DNA from: Trichomonas gallinae
Lineage: Eukaryota
DNA: 64,000 bases
Assembly: GCA_008369845.1 (NCBI GenBank)
Contig: MRSU01004726.1
Span: forward strand, 1-64,000
Direction: 5' to 3'
A program made the translations under genes and the position numbers. Below, piece by piece: positions 10,800 to 22,983 of this stretch. Below the pieces are notes generated by a model that did no database searches, had not been told where the DNA came from, and saw only the letters and a list, made by a program, of their open reading frames with translations. Within the stretch, counting starts at the first letter, position 1; each line of letters opens with the position of its first letter.

Positions 10800-11825
10800 T
10801 TAATCTAAAAATATTGCAATGAAAACATAAATACCAAATCGTAGTATGCCCATTGTATAGCAATTATTATCAAATGGAGTCTCAACAATGTAGAAATAAG
10901 TTCTAAAATAAGAACAATCAAAAATCTCAGGAAGAATCAAATGAAATGAATAGCTTCCGATGTCGTCAATGTCAACAGTGCATGAAGTAATTGCGAGTGC
11001 AGTGCTGCTGTTATTATCGATGAGTGAACATCCAACAGCTGTGATATTACTGCCACCGTTGAAATTGTTTGCATAGAAGATGCACGGAGAATTGTTGCTA
11101 ACAAATGAACTTTCGATGACATTCAATGAGCTGCTTGCTTCGGCAAAAATTATTCCTAAAAAGTAGCATGTGTTATTTACAAATGATGACCTATGAAGTA
11201 AAGAATCAGATTTAGAATAATCAACAACTCTCGAAGAGCTCGCGAAATTAGATACAAAATTGCAATACTTCATACTACTCGAGTAATAAATTCGTCCTGC
11301 TACACGATTCTTTGCTGTGTTTGCTGTCTGGTTAATGTACTTAATTGTAGATGTGGCAATGATTATCAATGTGCCTGAGAAATTTCCCGTGCCGTAGCAC
11401 TCTGTGATCGTAGAATCGAGAAAGGATATATCCGATGAACTACAATACAGTGAATGTGCTGTTTGCTGTTTGTCCGAATTCGAATTGTTGAGCATGCATG
11501 TTTTCTGGACTACTGTTGACCCTTTTGTCAACAAGCACATAAAGCCTCCGCTTGGCGTGGATTTTGTTGAAATACAACTTGCTGCATAAGAATGGCTGAG
11601 CAAAAAGCATATGGATTCTGCTTGTTGATTTATGTAAATTGCAATATCTGTTATGTCAAGGAACTTGGAATTTAAAATAAATAAATTTTGGTTACTTGGA
11701 TAATTTGTTTTTTGTTTATAGAAAGCGAATTTTTGTTGATTGGGAAAGCACTGATTCCAAATATCGGCATAACTTCTATGTATCTCGGTTAATTAAAATT
11801 TACAATTAATTGAATAAGGTAACAT
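10800..11825 (-). pseudogene. Beta-helix-like Cys/Asn/Ser-rich protein gene with an in-frame TAA at codon 11
   Basis: ATG at 11825 gives MLPYSINCKF*LTEIHRSYADIWNQCFP..., which stays open into ORF 10800..11603 (that ORF starts at TTG). It has CNFVSN/SSFVNN repeats and a hydrophobic C-terminus. Confidence 0.7.
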
Positions 11826-12777
11826 AACGAATATGGACGATAAGGTTATTAGTTTGAGCAATGCAGATATATATTTATCTTAAGGATCCCCTAACCCCCC
11901 TCATTTTTTGTTGCCCTCATAACTCTGAATTGGCTATACTTACAAGCTTTAAACTTACACATGACTATTGTTTTTGAATAATATAGTACATATAAACATC
12001 AGAAACAGGTGGACTTCACTTTAACTAAATTTCAAAATGAAAATATTATCTAAATATAATATATGATTAATGAAAACAAAAGTACTTTCACTTTTTGCTA
12101 ATATTTTTGCAGCCAAAAACGTCTAGAAAAGGCGATTTTTATGAAAATCGAGTTTTGTACGATTTTGACATTATTTGACATGTAAATTATAGAAAATAAT
12201 AATGAATTTGACAATTGTCATGTAAAACAATTCACCTTTCTTTTTGTTATATTCTAAGTTCAAGGAAACGGATACTCAAAAACCAATCATTGTATAATAT
12301 ATATTAGTATATAAACAAAATCATAACATGTCGTAGCAAATGTATCAAACGAGTGTGAATCTACTAAATTATTTAACCATATGCATAGGTATAAGCAGTA
12401 TATTATGATAGCAGAATCAAAAATATAATGATGCGCATTGGATAAAAACATTGCCAAAATTGAGAACTGATTCAATCTGTTATAATTATTTGTATTGTTT
12501 TTACTCCATCAAATATATATTTAAATAAATTCGCTTGGAAAAATATTTTGTAACGATGGCACGATAGCCTTAGAACAATGATAAAATTATCCATATACTT
12601 GTCTATTATGTGAGAATGTGAAAATTTTTGTCCGCTCAGAACTATACATTTTGACATATTTTTACCAGTAACTGAATTATGCTATGAATCAAACGATTGG
12701 TAATTCATAAGAAACCGATTCATTCTCAAAATTTTCTGAAAATTATTTTCATTTCAAATAAGCAAAAATTCATTAAG

Positions 12778-13782
12778 ATGAACTTGCTTCTAAGCTCTCT
12801 TATTCATCAAGATTGGCTTCAAATCAGCGGCAACGCGAAACAAGTTTTGGTTTACAACGAAAGTTACTCTGTGAATGCTATAGCTATCGATACAAGACCG
12901 AATCCAAATTACACAGATTACAAGATATATCAATGTAAATTCGTTTCCATGGGAGATAGATCAATCAATATTTATGGTAGAAATCTTAAGCTAGTAGTTC
13001 AAGAATGTAGTTTCGTCAGTAATAGAATACTCAGTTTATGGGCAACCAATGGTGTTAATATCGTATTTGGTAGAGGTGGTGATTGTTATCAAAACAAAGT
13101 CTGTGTATATAACTGCACTCACTCTGATAATTTTTATAACGGCTTTCATTCAGTAGCTTTTGCAGATAAAAATCAAATCGAATCTTTATCTCTTTCTTAC
13201 ACAATGCATGCAGATAATATGGAGACTTCTTTATTTTACAATCAGCAAGAATGGTATCGATGTTCTCATAGCAACATATCAACAATCAAAGAATTATCAT
13301 ATATTGATGAATTTGGAGATATAAAAGAGGAAAACATTGTTGATTACACAACTTTCCAGAATTTTACAGGAGACTACCTCTTCCGTTATTATACACCATC
13401 GAAAAACTACCTTGTTCAAAAAATTATTAAATGCAACTTTATCGAAAATACAGTCGGAAAGTTAATCACATCAGACGGAATAACAGTCTCTATTGAACAA
13501 TGCAACTTTGTTGGCAACGTTAATAAAGATAATAACCCAAGTACTAGATTCGAAACCGAAAAAGTTAATACAACAATCACTCTTTCTGATTGTTACATTT
13601 CTACTGAGACAGTTGAGACTTCAGGAAAGGGAACTGTTTCTACAAAAAATAATGCCAAAAATCAGGTTGAAATTATAGTGTCTCTCTATGGAACACATCA
13701 ATGTAATTATGATTACAAACCACCCCCGACAGATAAAATAGAATATCGTAAAGTCCATAAATGGATAAGAGCTAAGCCATAA
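12778..13782 (+). CDS. Hypothetical protein of the same beta-helix-like family, 334 aa
   Basis: ATG at 12778 is preceded by TCATT at 12770. Repeated CxFxxN motifs (CKFVS, CSFVSN, CNFIEN, CNFVGN). Confidence 0.75.
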   Translation: MNLLLSSLIHQDWLQISGNAKQVLVYNESYSVNAIAIDTRPNPNYTDYKIYQCKFVSMGDRSINIYGRNLKLVVQECSFVSNRILSLWATNGVNIVFGRGGDCYQNKVCVYNCTHSDNFYNGFHSVAFADKNQIESLSLSYTMHADNMETSLFYNQQEWYRCSHSNISTIKELSYIDEFGDIKEENIVDYTTFQNFTGDYLFRYYTPSKNYLVQKIIKCNFIENTVGKLITSDGITVSIEQCNFVGNVNKDNNPSTRFETEKVNTTITLSDCYISTETVETSGKGTVSTKNNAKNQVEIIVSLYGTHQCNYDYKPPPTDKIEYRKVHKWIRAKP

Positions 13783-14994
13783 ATCAAATATTAAATTGTA
13801 GTATATATAATACTAAACTAATTTCTATCAAATAAATCCATAATTTTAAAACAATTTCCTTAAAAATAGTGATTTATATATCTTACACAATTGCCCAAAG
13901 CTGTACTAGTTAACCCTTCAATGAGGCACTAATATCATGTAATGAGAAGTTTCCCAGAAGATCTAATGCATGAACCAATGAATTTTCTCTTAAAACAAGC
14001 TGATTCCATAAGATTGTTCTATGAGTATCCTTATTGCAATTCAATTCTTCTTCTACCATTCGCGTAAAAAAGATGAGTGTTATCTTGGGCTGATATATTG
14101 AATGCAAAATATTTTTATGTCAGATGCAGCGAAATCAAAAACTAGGTTAATTGTATTCAAATGATTCATGAATGTATTCAAGCCACCAACAATGCTAGAT
14201 ATTGCTAATGACATTTTTACATTTTCAATATTTTTGAGATAGTAAAAAAACATTGATTTTGGCTTGTTTGACTTGTGATATGTATTTATATGTCATATAT
14301 ATTTATTTAGCACATTTTAAAAGAAAATAATTGGATTCTAATTTTAATCAATTGTCTAATTTTATTATTTAATATCTTTTAATCGAATTAATTAAATCTA
14401 TATCCGCTATCCTCTTTTGATTTCATTACCATAATGCTATAAATCGTAAAAATTAACTTGATTATTTCAAAATTTTAGTTAATTCAGCGCAAACGAACGA
14501 TTTTAGCGAAATTTCTAGTATTTTTGTGTTACCAAGAAATCATTGATGCTCGTATATGTATCAAAATTTTGTATTATTCATAAAATGATTCAAACAATTT
14601 CCAACATGGAAAATATTGCAAATATTTAATCAAAATCAAAGGAAAAAAATCGAAGAAAAATTAATTACAGATCGAAATTTAGAAAATTTTGTAATTATAA
14701 TGATACACGTTATTCCGGAATAATGTTTTTAACGGCGACAATTCGTTTTTCGCAATTTTTGAAATTGAATTTTTTTTCAAATTAAGATCAGTTTAAAATA
14801 ATATATATAATGTGAATGTCAATTTTATCAATTTTCCTCAATTTCAAAAATATTTAAAAATTAGATATATAATGATGTTGTGGTTATTTTTTATAATTTT
14901 TAAAATTGAATAGTATTGAAACTGAATTGAATTATGTAAACTCGTCAAAAGCAAGAAATAATTCAATGAATTATCTCAAACTTATTTTATTTCG

Positions 14995-16209
14995 ATGTTT
15001 TTCCTTTGCATGACTCAGCTGCATTTTGATAAGCATATTCTTAAATCCCTGTGCACAACGAGTCCCAGCAATGACTGTCTTGTGCATATTACTAAAGGAG
15101 CAGAAGGGACAGTTAATTTCGCTTATATCTACGATATTGACGATACTGTTGATGTTAAATTCAGCTACACACAAATATGGAACGGATGGGATGATCCTGG
15201 ATGGATTGTTGCAACTAACGAAGAAAAGAAAAACATTTTTGTTTCGAAAAATGACTTATTCATCATTATTCGCGGTCAAACAGAGAAAACTCTTCAAATA
15301 CGTGGTGGAACTTCAGATCCAAACCAATGTCCTGATGGAACTTTTATTTTATCCTCATTAGATGTTAATTTCAACAATTTCATGACAACATATCACATAT
15401 CAACGGGTTCTACCTTTTGTATTATTCACTTACTCGATATTGGCACTTTAGAATTAACAAATGAATTACTTCCGAATGATGAGCTTAAATATAGGGAGGG
15501 AAATGACTACTTTCCAACACTCTCTCGAGAATCAACAGTTACAATATCATCTACTGATGGCCCTATATATTTAATAATCGGATTATCGAATTCAAACGGC
15601 AACAGACGATTATCATATACTATTACAGGCACAAAAGATAATATTCCATCCGAATGCGTAATTAAAGACTCCCAAATATTAAATGACGAAATTCCAACAA
15701 GAACTCCATCATCACCTTCTGAATCATCTACATCTCAGTCATCTGAGTCTTCACAAACATCAGTAACAAGGCCTTCCAGTAGTAGTGACTCATATTCATC
15801 ATCAAGTGAATGTTCTGAGTCAAATATAGCGGCAAGAACACCAAATTTTACGCCATTTCCAACATGGAATGGATTATATGCAGATCCACCCGGTGTAATT
15901 ATCCGGGGCGATGATATTCCTGAAATTAGAGAAACACATCCTCCAATTCCAACAGATTTTATTCTTCCCGAAGTTCCAAAAGCAACAAAAATAGCTACAA
16001 TATCAACAGGAACAATATTAATTATTGTTATTGTAATTCTCACTGTTTTGAACATATTCAGATCAGCAAAGAAGCTAAAAGACAGCAGGGTCCAATTCGA
16101 GGACTCTGACGTTTCTGATCTGGAAATAACAAATTCTATTTCTTATACATATTCTATGATATCAGCTGAATCAAATGCTGAAAATGATGCTTTTATCATG
16201 AAATCTTAA
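14995..16209 (+). CDS. Predicted type I membrane/surface protein with a Ser/Thr-rich stalk, 404 aa
   Basis: Hydrophobic N-terminus, Ser-rich low-complexity stretch, single TM segment (ILIIVIVILTVLNIF) and an acidic cytosolic tail. Confidence 0.8.
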   Translation: MFFLCMTQLHFDKHILKSLCTTSPSNDCLVHITKGAEGTVNFAYIYDIDDTVDVKFSYTQIWNGWDDPGWIVATNEEKKNIFVSKNDLFIIIRGQTEKTLQIRGGTSDPNQCPDGTFILSSLDVNFNNFMTTYHISTGSTFCIIHLLDIGTLELTNELLPNDELKYREGNDYFPTLSRESTVTISSTDGPIYLIIGLSNSNGNRRLSYTITGTKDNIPSECVIKDSQILNDEIPTRTPSSPSESSTSQSSESSQTSVTRPSSSSDSYSSSSECSESNIAARTPNFTPFPTWNGLYADPPGVIIRGDDIPEIRETHPPIPTDFILPEVPKATKIATISTGTILIIVIVILTVLNIFRSAKKLKDSRVQFEDSDVSDLEITNSISYTYSMISAESNAENDAFIMKS

Positions 16210-16446
16210 TAAATTGTTTGTATGTATGTTTTGTATATTAATTCTATAAGTATTTTAATCCAAAAATGCAAAAAAATTATCAATATTTTTATAATTAAAA
16301 TACTGAGCATTTGTCTATCATATAATCAATATTTTTCATGTATATTTCTCAATATTAATGTCATAATTGGTACTTATCGATCACAAAATAATTTTAGAAT
16401 AAAAAATCAGAAATGTGATCAGTAAACTAAATATTTAAACAAAGCT

Positions 16447-17697
16447 TTATACAACCATCAATATTTGAGACTTAAAATTCTTCCTGATTTGATTTTGATA
16501 TTCAATAATTTCATCAAGAGCTCTTCCGACTGTCATGTCTGGAATAAAGTTTTCAAGAGCATAGTGAACTGATTTAACGTAGACTTCTGCTTCTCTGTCA
16601 CTCAATGAAAATGGTGAATGTCTGATTCTACCGACAAGTTGTGATTTGATTCCGTCTGTGATTGTGAAATTGAGGTATGAACATGATCCTTGTGACCTGT
16701 CTCCTCTCTGAAGAAGCCCAAACCAGGCATCAACGAATGGGCCTCCAAGCCTCAAAACACCAATGCTAGACATGTCAATACCTACTCCTGGCATTGTGCC
16801 TTTGTGGTGTGTTCCGTTTATTTGCATTGCTTTGAGATATCCAAAATGTTCTTTTTTATTGAGCTTAGTTTGGAAGTCATTTCGAAGAGCAGTCATGAAT
16901 TCACCTAATTTCATATCTTTTGTAACATTTGCAGACACTAAAATCGAAGAAATAATATTGCAATGTTGCATTCCTGGATTTTTGATGAATGGACGCAAAT
17001 CAATATAAGTTCCAACACCGATTTTCGATAGATTTCCTGAAAATGCAGATGCAGCGAGGATTACTGAAGACCAGACGTTTTCCGAATATCTATGTAATAA
17101 TTTTGTGGATTTATTGTAGCATTTGATGTTCTCACAGTTAGACACTGCTGTTGTAAGATGAGATACATAGTGCATTGATGTATAAGTCTTATCTTTAGGA
17201 TGAATTCTTGTAAGTTGTGGATTTACTGCATTAAATATAGGTAATACATCATTGTATTCTTTTATTTCAGTCTTAAATGCATCATCAACTGATTCAATCA
17301 TCTCCGGCGTGTGTATTTTTGCATCAGATTTCAAAACTTCGAGAAGATTCGCGAAATACCTTGCATCTGATGCGGTGTGGCTTACATTTAGTACTATTGT
17401 ATCTGAATTGGCTCCAATTGAAGCCATAGCCTGATTTAATGGTCTTGTGTGCTTTTCGTGCATGTAAAAGCAGGCTTCATTGAGAGATTTGAAGTTATCT
17501 GGCAGTTTAAACACAGGTGTCTTCTCTTTTATGGGATAAATCATATCATTTTCCGTGCAAACATGAAATCCAACAACTGAATTTATCGCTTTTTGGACAA
17601 CAGGCATCACATATTTGGTGTCCTTGACCTTGAGAGCGAATTGGAGGAAAGTTTTGTTTCCAAAGAAGTTCTTTTCCCAGCCAATCGCTTTTCTCAT
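16447..17697 (-). CDS. CoA-dependent acyltransferase/condensation-fold protein (alcohol acetyltransferase-like), ~416 aa
   Basis: HxxxD motif (LNVSHTASDA), YIDLRPF and SSIG segments. The first ATG at 17697 has initiator TCATTT at 17709-17704. Confidence 0.65.
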   Translation of the reverse strand: MRKAIGWEKNFFGNKTFLQFALKVKDTKYVMPVVQKAINSVVGFHVCTENDMIYPIKEKTPVFKLPDNFKSLNEACFYMHEKHTRPLNQAMASIGANSDTIVLNVSHTASDARYFANLLEVLKSDAKIHTPEMIESVDDAFKTEIKEYNDVLPIFNAVNPQLTRIHPKDKTYTSMHYVSHLTTAVSNCENIKCYNKSTKLLHRYSENVWSSVILAASAFSGNLSKIGVGTYIDLRPFIKNPGMQHCNIISSILVSANVTKDMKLGEFMTALRNDFQTKLNKKEHFGYLKAMQINGTHHKGTMPGVGIDMSSIGVLRLGGPFVDAWFGLLQRGDRSQGSCSYLNFTITDGIKSQLVGRIRHSPFSLSDREAEVYVKSVHYALENFIPDMTVGRALDEIIEYQNQIRKNFKSQILMVV

Positions 17698-18317
17698 ACA
17701 AAAAATGACTTGTTTCAAATTTATCACAGTTCATTCAATTATATATCGCTCTGAATAAGTTAAATATCCGAATATTTTCTTCAAATGTCGAAAAAAATCG
17801 GATGAAAAATTATCAAATTGAGCGGAATAGTTGACTCATTTAAAATTAGATTGCTATTGAGGAATACTCTTTAAAGACAGCTTATTTGTTTTATAAAAAT
17901 TACAAAATTTGATAAAAATGAATTACAAAATTGACGAAAATTTTAGTAATTTTTCTTGAAATCACGAAAATGAATTTTAAAAACTGCTTAAAATCAAAAT
18001 CTAACCAATAAAAATTATGCAGTAATAAAAATAATACTGGATTATATCAATAAATTTGCATTTGATTAATTAATATGCTGGAATTTTCTAACATCTTTGA
18101 TTATGATATTAGATATCATATTAAAATCTTCTGAATTATGATTTTTACGTAGAAACTTTCTTCAATTTCGTCGATAAATCCATTGAAATTTAAAAATCTT
18201 ATTTAAAGAAATAATATTATAAAAATTTGAATATATAATTAAAAATAAAGCCAAACATAGCATTAAAAATCGAAAATAAAAACTGAAAAAAGTAGTTTTT
18301 GTCATTTTTCTTCATAA

Positions 18318-19919
18318 ATGAAAGCATTCAGGTCTTATGATTACGGAAATTATTATGAAGTAATGAAAGAAATCAAAACAAACGCAGATGCCAAGAGAAA
18401 TTACGTAGACTACAAATCCACACTTCAAAGAACACTATTAAAGAAGCCACCGCAAAATGATATTCAATATCAAAGCCAGAAATCGATAGAAGACGCATTA
18501 AAGGCACAAAGAATGAACAGAGATATGCAAATTCCCGATTCCAAGCAGATTTATGATGATTATTTGCAATTAATCAAAGATCGCTTCTCTCCTGAACAAT
18601 ATACGATCTTTATTCGCTACTTATCAGTCTACATGGGTGGTTCGATACCGCATACGCTTTTCATTCGCTTATTCTATCAACTCGTTGAAAAACCACAACT
18701 TGATGATCAAATCATGCTGGATTTGCCTAATTTTTTGGCATCGATAAGCTTCAACAATTTCACGAACGTTCGCACTAATTTTGCAAAGCCAGAAGACGAA
18801 ATTTGCGCAGAAATTGTTATAACAAGTACAGCAAACGCAACTTCGCCGGAATCTTACCATTCTATCTACAAAGCTTTCAAGCTCCTCTCTGAGGGTTATA
18901 TATCACCAGCGATAGCAAAACAGCTGCTTTCTCATTATTGCAAACCAGAATCTTTAAATAAGTTGGATTTAGTTCAAAATTTCGCGATATTTAATCCAGA
19001 CAGAATCCCACATGAATATATTCTATGCTCAGAGTTCACAAATCCGCTTAATGAAAAAGATGCAATCGATAAATTCGAAACAACAGAAGTTGCAAACAGA
19101 ATTCCGACACCATACGAATCAGTTCCCTTTGAAACGATCGAAAATCAGCTCCTTTCTACAAGAAAGCTTATTGAAATGTTCGTGAATAAACAACAGCCTC
19201 CACTTGAAAGATTAATACCATTCTTCGGCATAAAGAGTAACGAAATAATCGAGCAATTCCCTAAATTCAACCATTTGGCCGTTAAAAGACTTGTTAGTGT
19301 TTACGAAAAATTTTTTAGCAATTACAAAGATTTCTCGCATTTTAAACTTAACAGACTTGCAAATAACTACTTAGAATTCCGCATTTGTTACAAGAGAGTT
19401 CTTAAAATGTTGTTTGATCCAGTTCATTATAAAATCCCAGGATCTAAGACAGTTCATTTAGGAACAACCGAACAAATCGAGAAAGCAAACAATCTTCTCA
19501 ACAATTTCATCGAAGTTATCTTCCCAGGTATAGAAAATCTCGCTGCAAATTTCAATCTTCTTAAAAACCATCTTTTCAGCGGCAAAGTTTTTACAGCAAG
19601 CAATGCTATTGTCGCTTACTGCCTTTCTTTGTCTGAATTGATCCGAGTTTCAAACGGCTTCGAAACAGATAAACTTGTCGAAGCTTTGAAGACAGAAGAC
19701 GGTTTACAGAACTTATACAAGAATACAGAGATGCAGTGCGTTGATCTTATTATGATCAAAGCAATTCGTGCAATTAATAAGATAAATGAAATAACCGAGT
19801 TTGGATTCAATGTTTTGCAGTCAAAAGAGCTTTTCATCACATGCGTGCATTTTGAAAACGAAGATTTCAAAATTGAAACACAAGTTTCTCCGATTATGTT
19901 TACTCCATCATCAAATTGA
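18318..19919 (+). CDS. Hypothetical helical protein, possibly a divergent Sin3-like (PAH-domain) co-repressor, 533 aa
   Basis: Long ORF with initiator TCATTT at 18302. YLQLIKDRFSPEQYTIFIRYLSVY and ESYHSIYKAFKLLSEGYIS resemble PAH repeats. The gene call is confident; the product call is tentative. Confidence 0.5.
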   Translation: MKAFRSYDYGNYYEVMKEIKTNADAKRNYVDYKSTLQRTLLKKPPQNDIQYQSQKSIEDALKAQRMNRDMQIPDSKQIYDDYLQLIKDRFSPEQYTIFIRYLSVYMGGSIPHTLFIRLFYQLVEKPQLDDQIMLDLPNFLASISFNNFTNVRTNFAKPEDEICAEIVITSTANATSPESYHSIYKAFKLLSEGYISPAIAKQLLSHYCKPESLNKLDLVQNFAIFNPDRIPHEYILCSEFTNPLNEKDAIDKFETTEVANRIPTPYESVPFETIENQLLSTRKLIEMFVNKQQPPLERLIPFFGIKSNEIIEQFPKFNHLAVKRLVSVYEKFFSNYKDFSHFKLNRLANNYLEFRICYKRVLKMLFDPVHYKIPGSKTVHLGTTEQIEKANNLLNNFIEVIFPGIENLAANFNLLKNHLFSGKVFTASNAIVAYCLSLSELIRVSNGFETDKLVEALKTEDGLQNLYKNTEMQCVDLIMIKAIRAINKINEITEFGFNVLQSKELFITCVHFENEDFKIETQVSPIMFTPSSN

Positions 19920-21053
19920 TAAATATTGTAGAATTAAAGAAATTATTGTTGTTAATTAACCATCTTATCTATTTACTTCAGCGAATCAAAATAATTTTTG
20001 ATTTTCAATAAATAAAGTCATTTCAATGTACAAACGCATTATATAGACTGTGCCAACATTGCATACAAGTTTTTAATCATTATTAGTTTTGTTATTTTTC
20101 TTGATTGCTGATGAGGTCAAAAATATTGAATTTATAATGATATATACATCATGTATTTAAATAATATTCAGGTATCATAATTGAATCCATTCGTTTAATG
20201 AAAATTATGACTTTATGCAAAATAGTGCTACAGATTATTACTCTATACACAATGAATATCAATATGCATCAATAATAATCCTCATTTTTCATATTTTTCA
20301 AATTGAGAAAATGAAATTATATAAAATGGTTAAATTCAACATGCGATTAAATACATTATAAAGTAATGATTAATAATGTTGGTTAATATTAGTATGATGA
20401 TTGATTTTCAAAATTAATTTTTCGTATGCGAATGATTGATTAATTACATACTATTCACGTAATAAATTATCATGATTGAAATGATTTTTCTTATATTTGA
20501 GAATTATTTTTTATGATAAAAAATTACTCAATTTTTCATTCAATGCATCTGCAATGTATTTGATTTGCTATCAAGGTTTCCAATGTTGTTCAACTATACC
20601 TTAAACTTGACCTTACTGGTTTGGTTAATCGGGAAATTTCGTTTAAACACAGTCTTAGGACAAAGATACGTGCATATTATCCAGCAAACAATTTTTCACA
20701 AGTTCTCAAACACAACTAACAACAAAATACAGGCTTTCGCGTGTAAAAAAAATCTCTTTCAATTATTTTTTCTTTTTCCTCTTTCATTTTTTCTCTTCTA
20801 CAGTTCAGTTATGGTGTCAAACGATAAAACTACCCTTAACTCAGCTGAATGGAGCACCACAACAAAGATTTACCTAAATATTTTTTGACTTTGTAAAATT
20901 ATTCAATAGATTTCAATGTTTAGTCATAAATAAACAGCTTATGTATCATATGTAAGTTATGCATCTAGAAACTGAAAAATAAGAGAATAATTTTGAAAGA
21001 TTCCGGAGTTTGGAATTTACATGATAAAATTAACAAATTATATTAATATAAAT

Positions 21054-21545
21054 TCAAACCTTCAAGAAGCTATCAAGACCAATGTCATTTAGCGATTTGT
21101 CAGTAAACTCATGAATTAGCTCATCAATAAACAAAGGGTCACTTCCTAATATTCCTTTTTCATGTACTTTAGGGGGATGAACACGTCTATGACGTTTTGA
21201 CACTTTGGAATTTCCATGATACTTTCTCAAGGTCGTATTCCATCTATTTTTAATGTTTGTTCCACTTCTCCCAGGCAAATAGAGCGCAATTTTTACCCAA
21301 TGCGGACCAAATTCCTTATATTTTTGCATGATTATTTCGTCTTCTTCTTTCGTCCATGGTTTTGAAACCACATTCGTATACAAATACTGGTTATATCTAT
21401 CTCTACATTGACAGGCCGTTCTCCCTGGCAAGTATTGCGCTATCTCTTCCCAAGTTTTGTTTTTCTTGTCTTTAGCAAGCTCCTTTAGGAGGTCGTCCTC
21501 CTCTTGTGTGAACCTCCTGCGGGTTGACTGTTTGTTTGATTGCAT
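21054..21545 (-). CDS. R2R3 Myb-like DNA-binding protein, 163 aa
   Basis: FTQEEDDLL...W..IA..LPGRTACQCRDRY...PWTKEED...GPHWVKIA..LPGRSGTNIKNRW. Confidence 0.95.
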   Translation of the reverse strand: MQSNKQSTRRRFTQEEDDLLKELAKDKKNKTWEEIAQYLPGRTACQCRDRYNQYLYTNVVSKPWTKEEDEIIMQKYKEFGPHWVKIALYLPGRSGTNIKNRWNTTLRKYHGNSKVSKRHRRVHPPKVHEKGILGSDPLFIDELIHEFTDKSLNDIGLDSFLKV

Positions 21546-22983
21546 CTCCTTCAGATCGTTAAGCTATAAAAAATGTTAATTGTTCCAACACTCATTTTTG
21601 AATACAAATAACAACAATTTGAATACTATACTAGAAAATCATTTGAATTTCGCCAAAATATTAGTCTATGCCCTATAAACAATCACTTTTACAAGTTTTT
21701 CAAGTATTTAAAACTTTGTGAAGTATTTTTTATTCTCAGAAAATCATTATGTTTCAATTATTGGACGCGCCATAATTAAATCTAATACTATATATAGATA
21801 TCGATGGTGATTTTTTCTTGTACGTTCAATCAAGACAACTTTTGACTGCAAACACAATTTTTCTGAAGAAATTGTGAAAAGGATTCAAAATTTAATTCTA
21901 TCATTTTGAGCGAGATTTAAGTATTTAAAAGGAGAGAATGTGGTTCCTCGATAAAATTCAATTTTCAGAAAATTGAGGACTGTTATTGTCAATCGTTATC
22001 ACTTTTCCGATCTTGTGGGTAACACATTTATATACTCTCTTTATTCTATAGAATTTTTTAGATTTTAAATTTTCCCTTCATTGAAGTGCATAAAAACCAA
22101 AATTTTATGCATTTTACATGGATATCAAGTAGTCAGCGTTTTAATCGTTTTGTTCACTACTTGTATCCATTTTTAAAAATTGCTGTTTTGCCTTTATTTG
22201 ATTATTGCAGATCATTCACTACTTGTATCTCGTATCTTTACTTTCAAAATTTTTATTTTTGATACTCGAATTTCGATTTTTTTTTTCTATTCAAACATTT
22301 AACCCATTATGGAAACATCATGGTACAATAGCTTAAGGTGCAATGTTTTCGTGTTTAAACACCCATCAACTCTTTTTATTTATCACAATCTGCGCAGTTT
22401 TTTACAATCCTCATGTGTAATCATTGTAATGACACTACGTCGATCAAATATATCTATATTACATCAATTTCGCACCATTAAAAAGATAAATTTGGACAGT
22501 GAACACTAAACCCGAATTCTTTTTTTATAAAAAATTATTTCAATATACTGTTACTAGCTTCAACTGCTTTAATTCTATTTTTTTTTATTTCATCTTTGAT
22601 TGAGTTATTATTTCGAAATTGGTACCTTTTCTGCCTTTAAATAGCCAAATTAAATATATTCTTATCATATATTGTTTGTTAATATTCCTATAATTTGATA
22701 AAATGAATTTAATTAAGATAAAATGAAATTTTTGTCATCCCAATCAAATATATTCCATCAAAATAAATTATTACCAACTCATGGGATTTGAACAGTTTTG
22801 ATTTTATAATTTGAAAATTAAATTATGAAAGATTATCCAGAACAGACCTGTAGATTTTGAAGCCCGTGATATGTACAATATCGAAAGATAGTATTAATTT
22901 ACCATAATAAATAATAAAACAAAATATAATCAAAAAAACATCTAAATATCATACAAATTATTGAACAATAAAACAAAAGGGAA

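Noticed and set aside
11880..11965. TTAA-GGATCCCCTAACCCCCC, a possible solo transposon end or telomere-like seed
   Set aside because: I found no matching inverted partner in the window and only one CCCTAA unit.
13900..14220. Possible decayed ankyrin fragment on the minus strand (VHALDLLGNFSLH)
   Set aside because: A single weak motif is not enough to call a feature.
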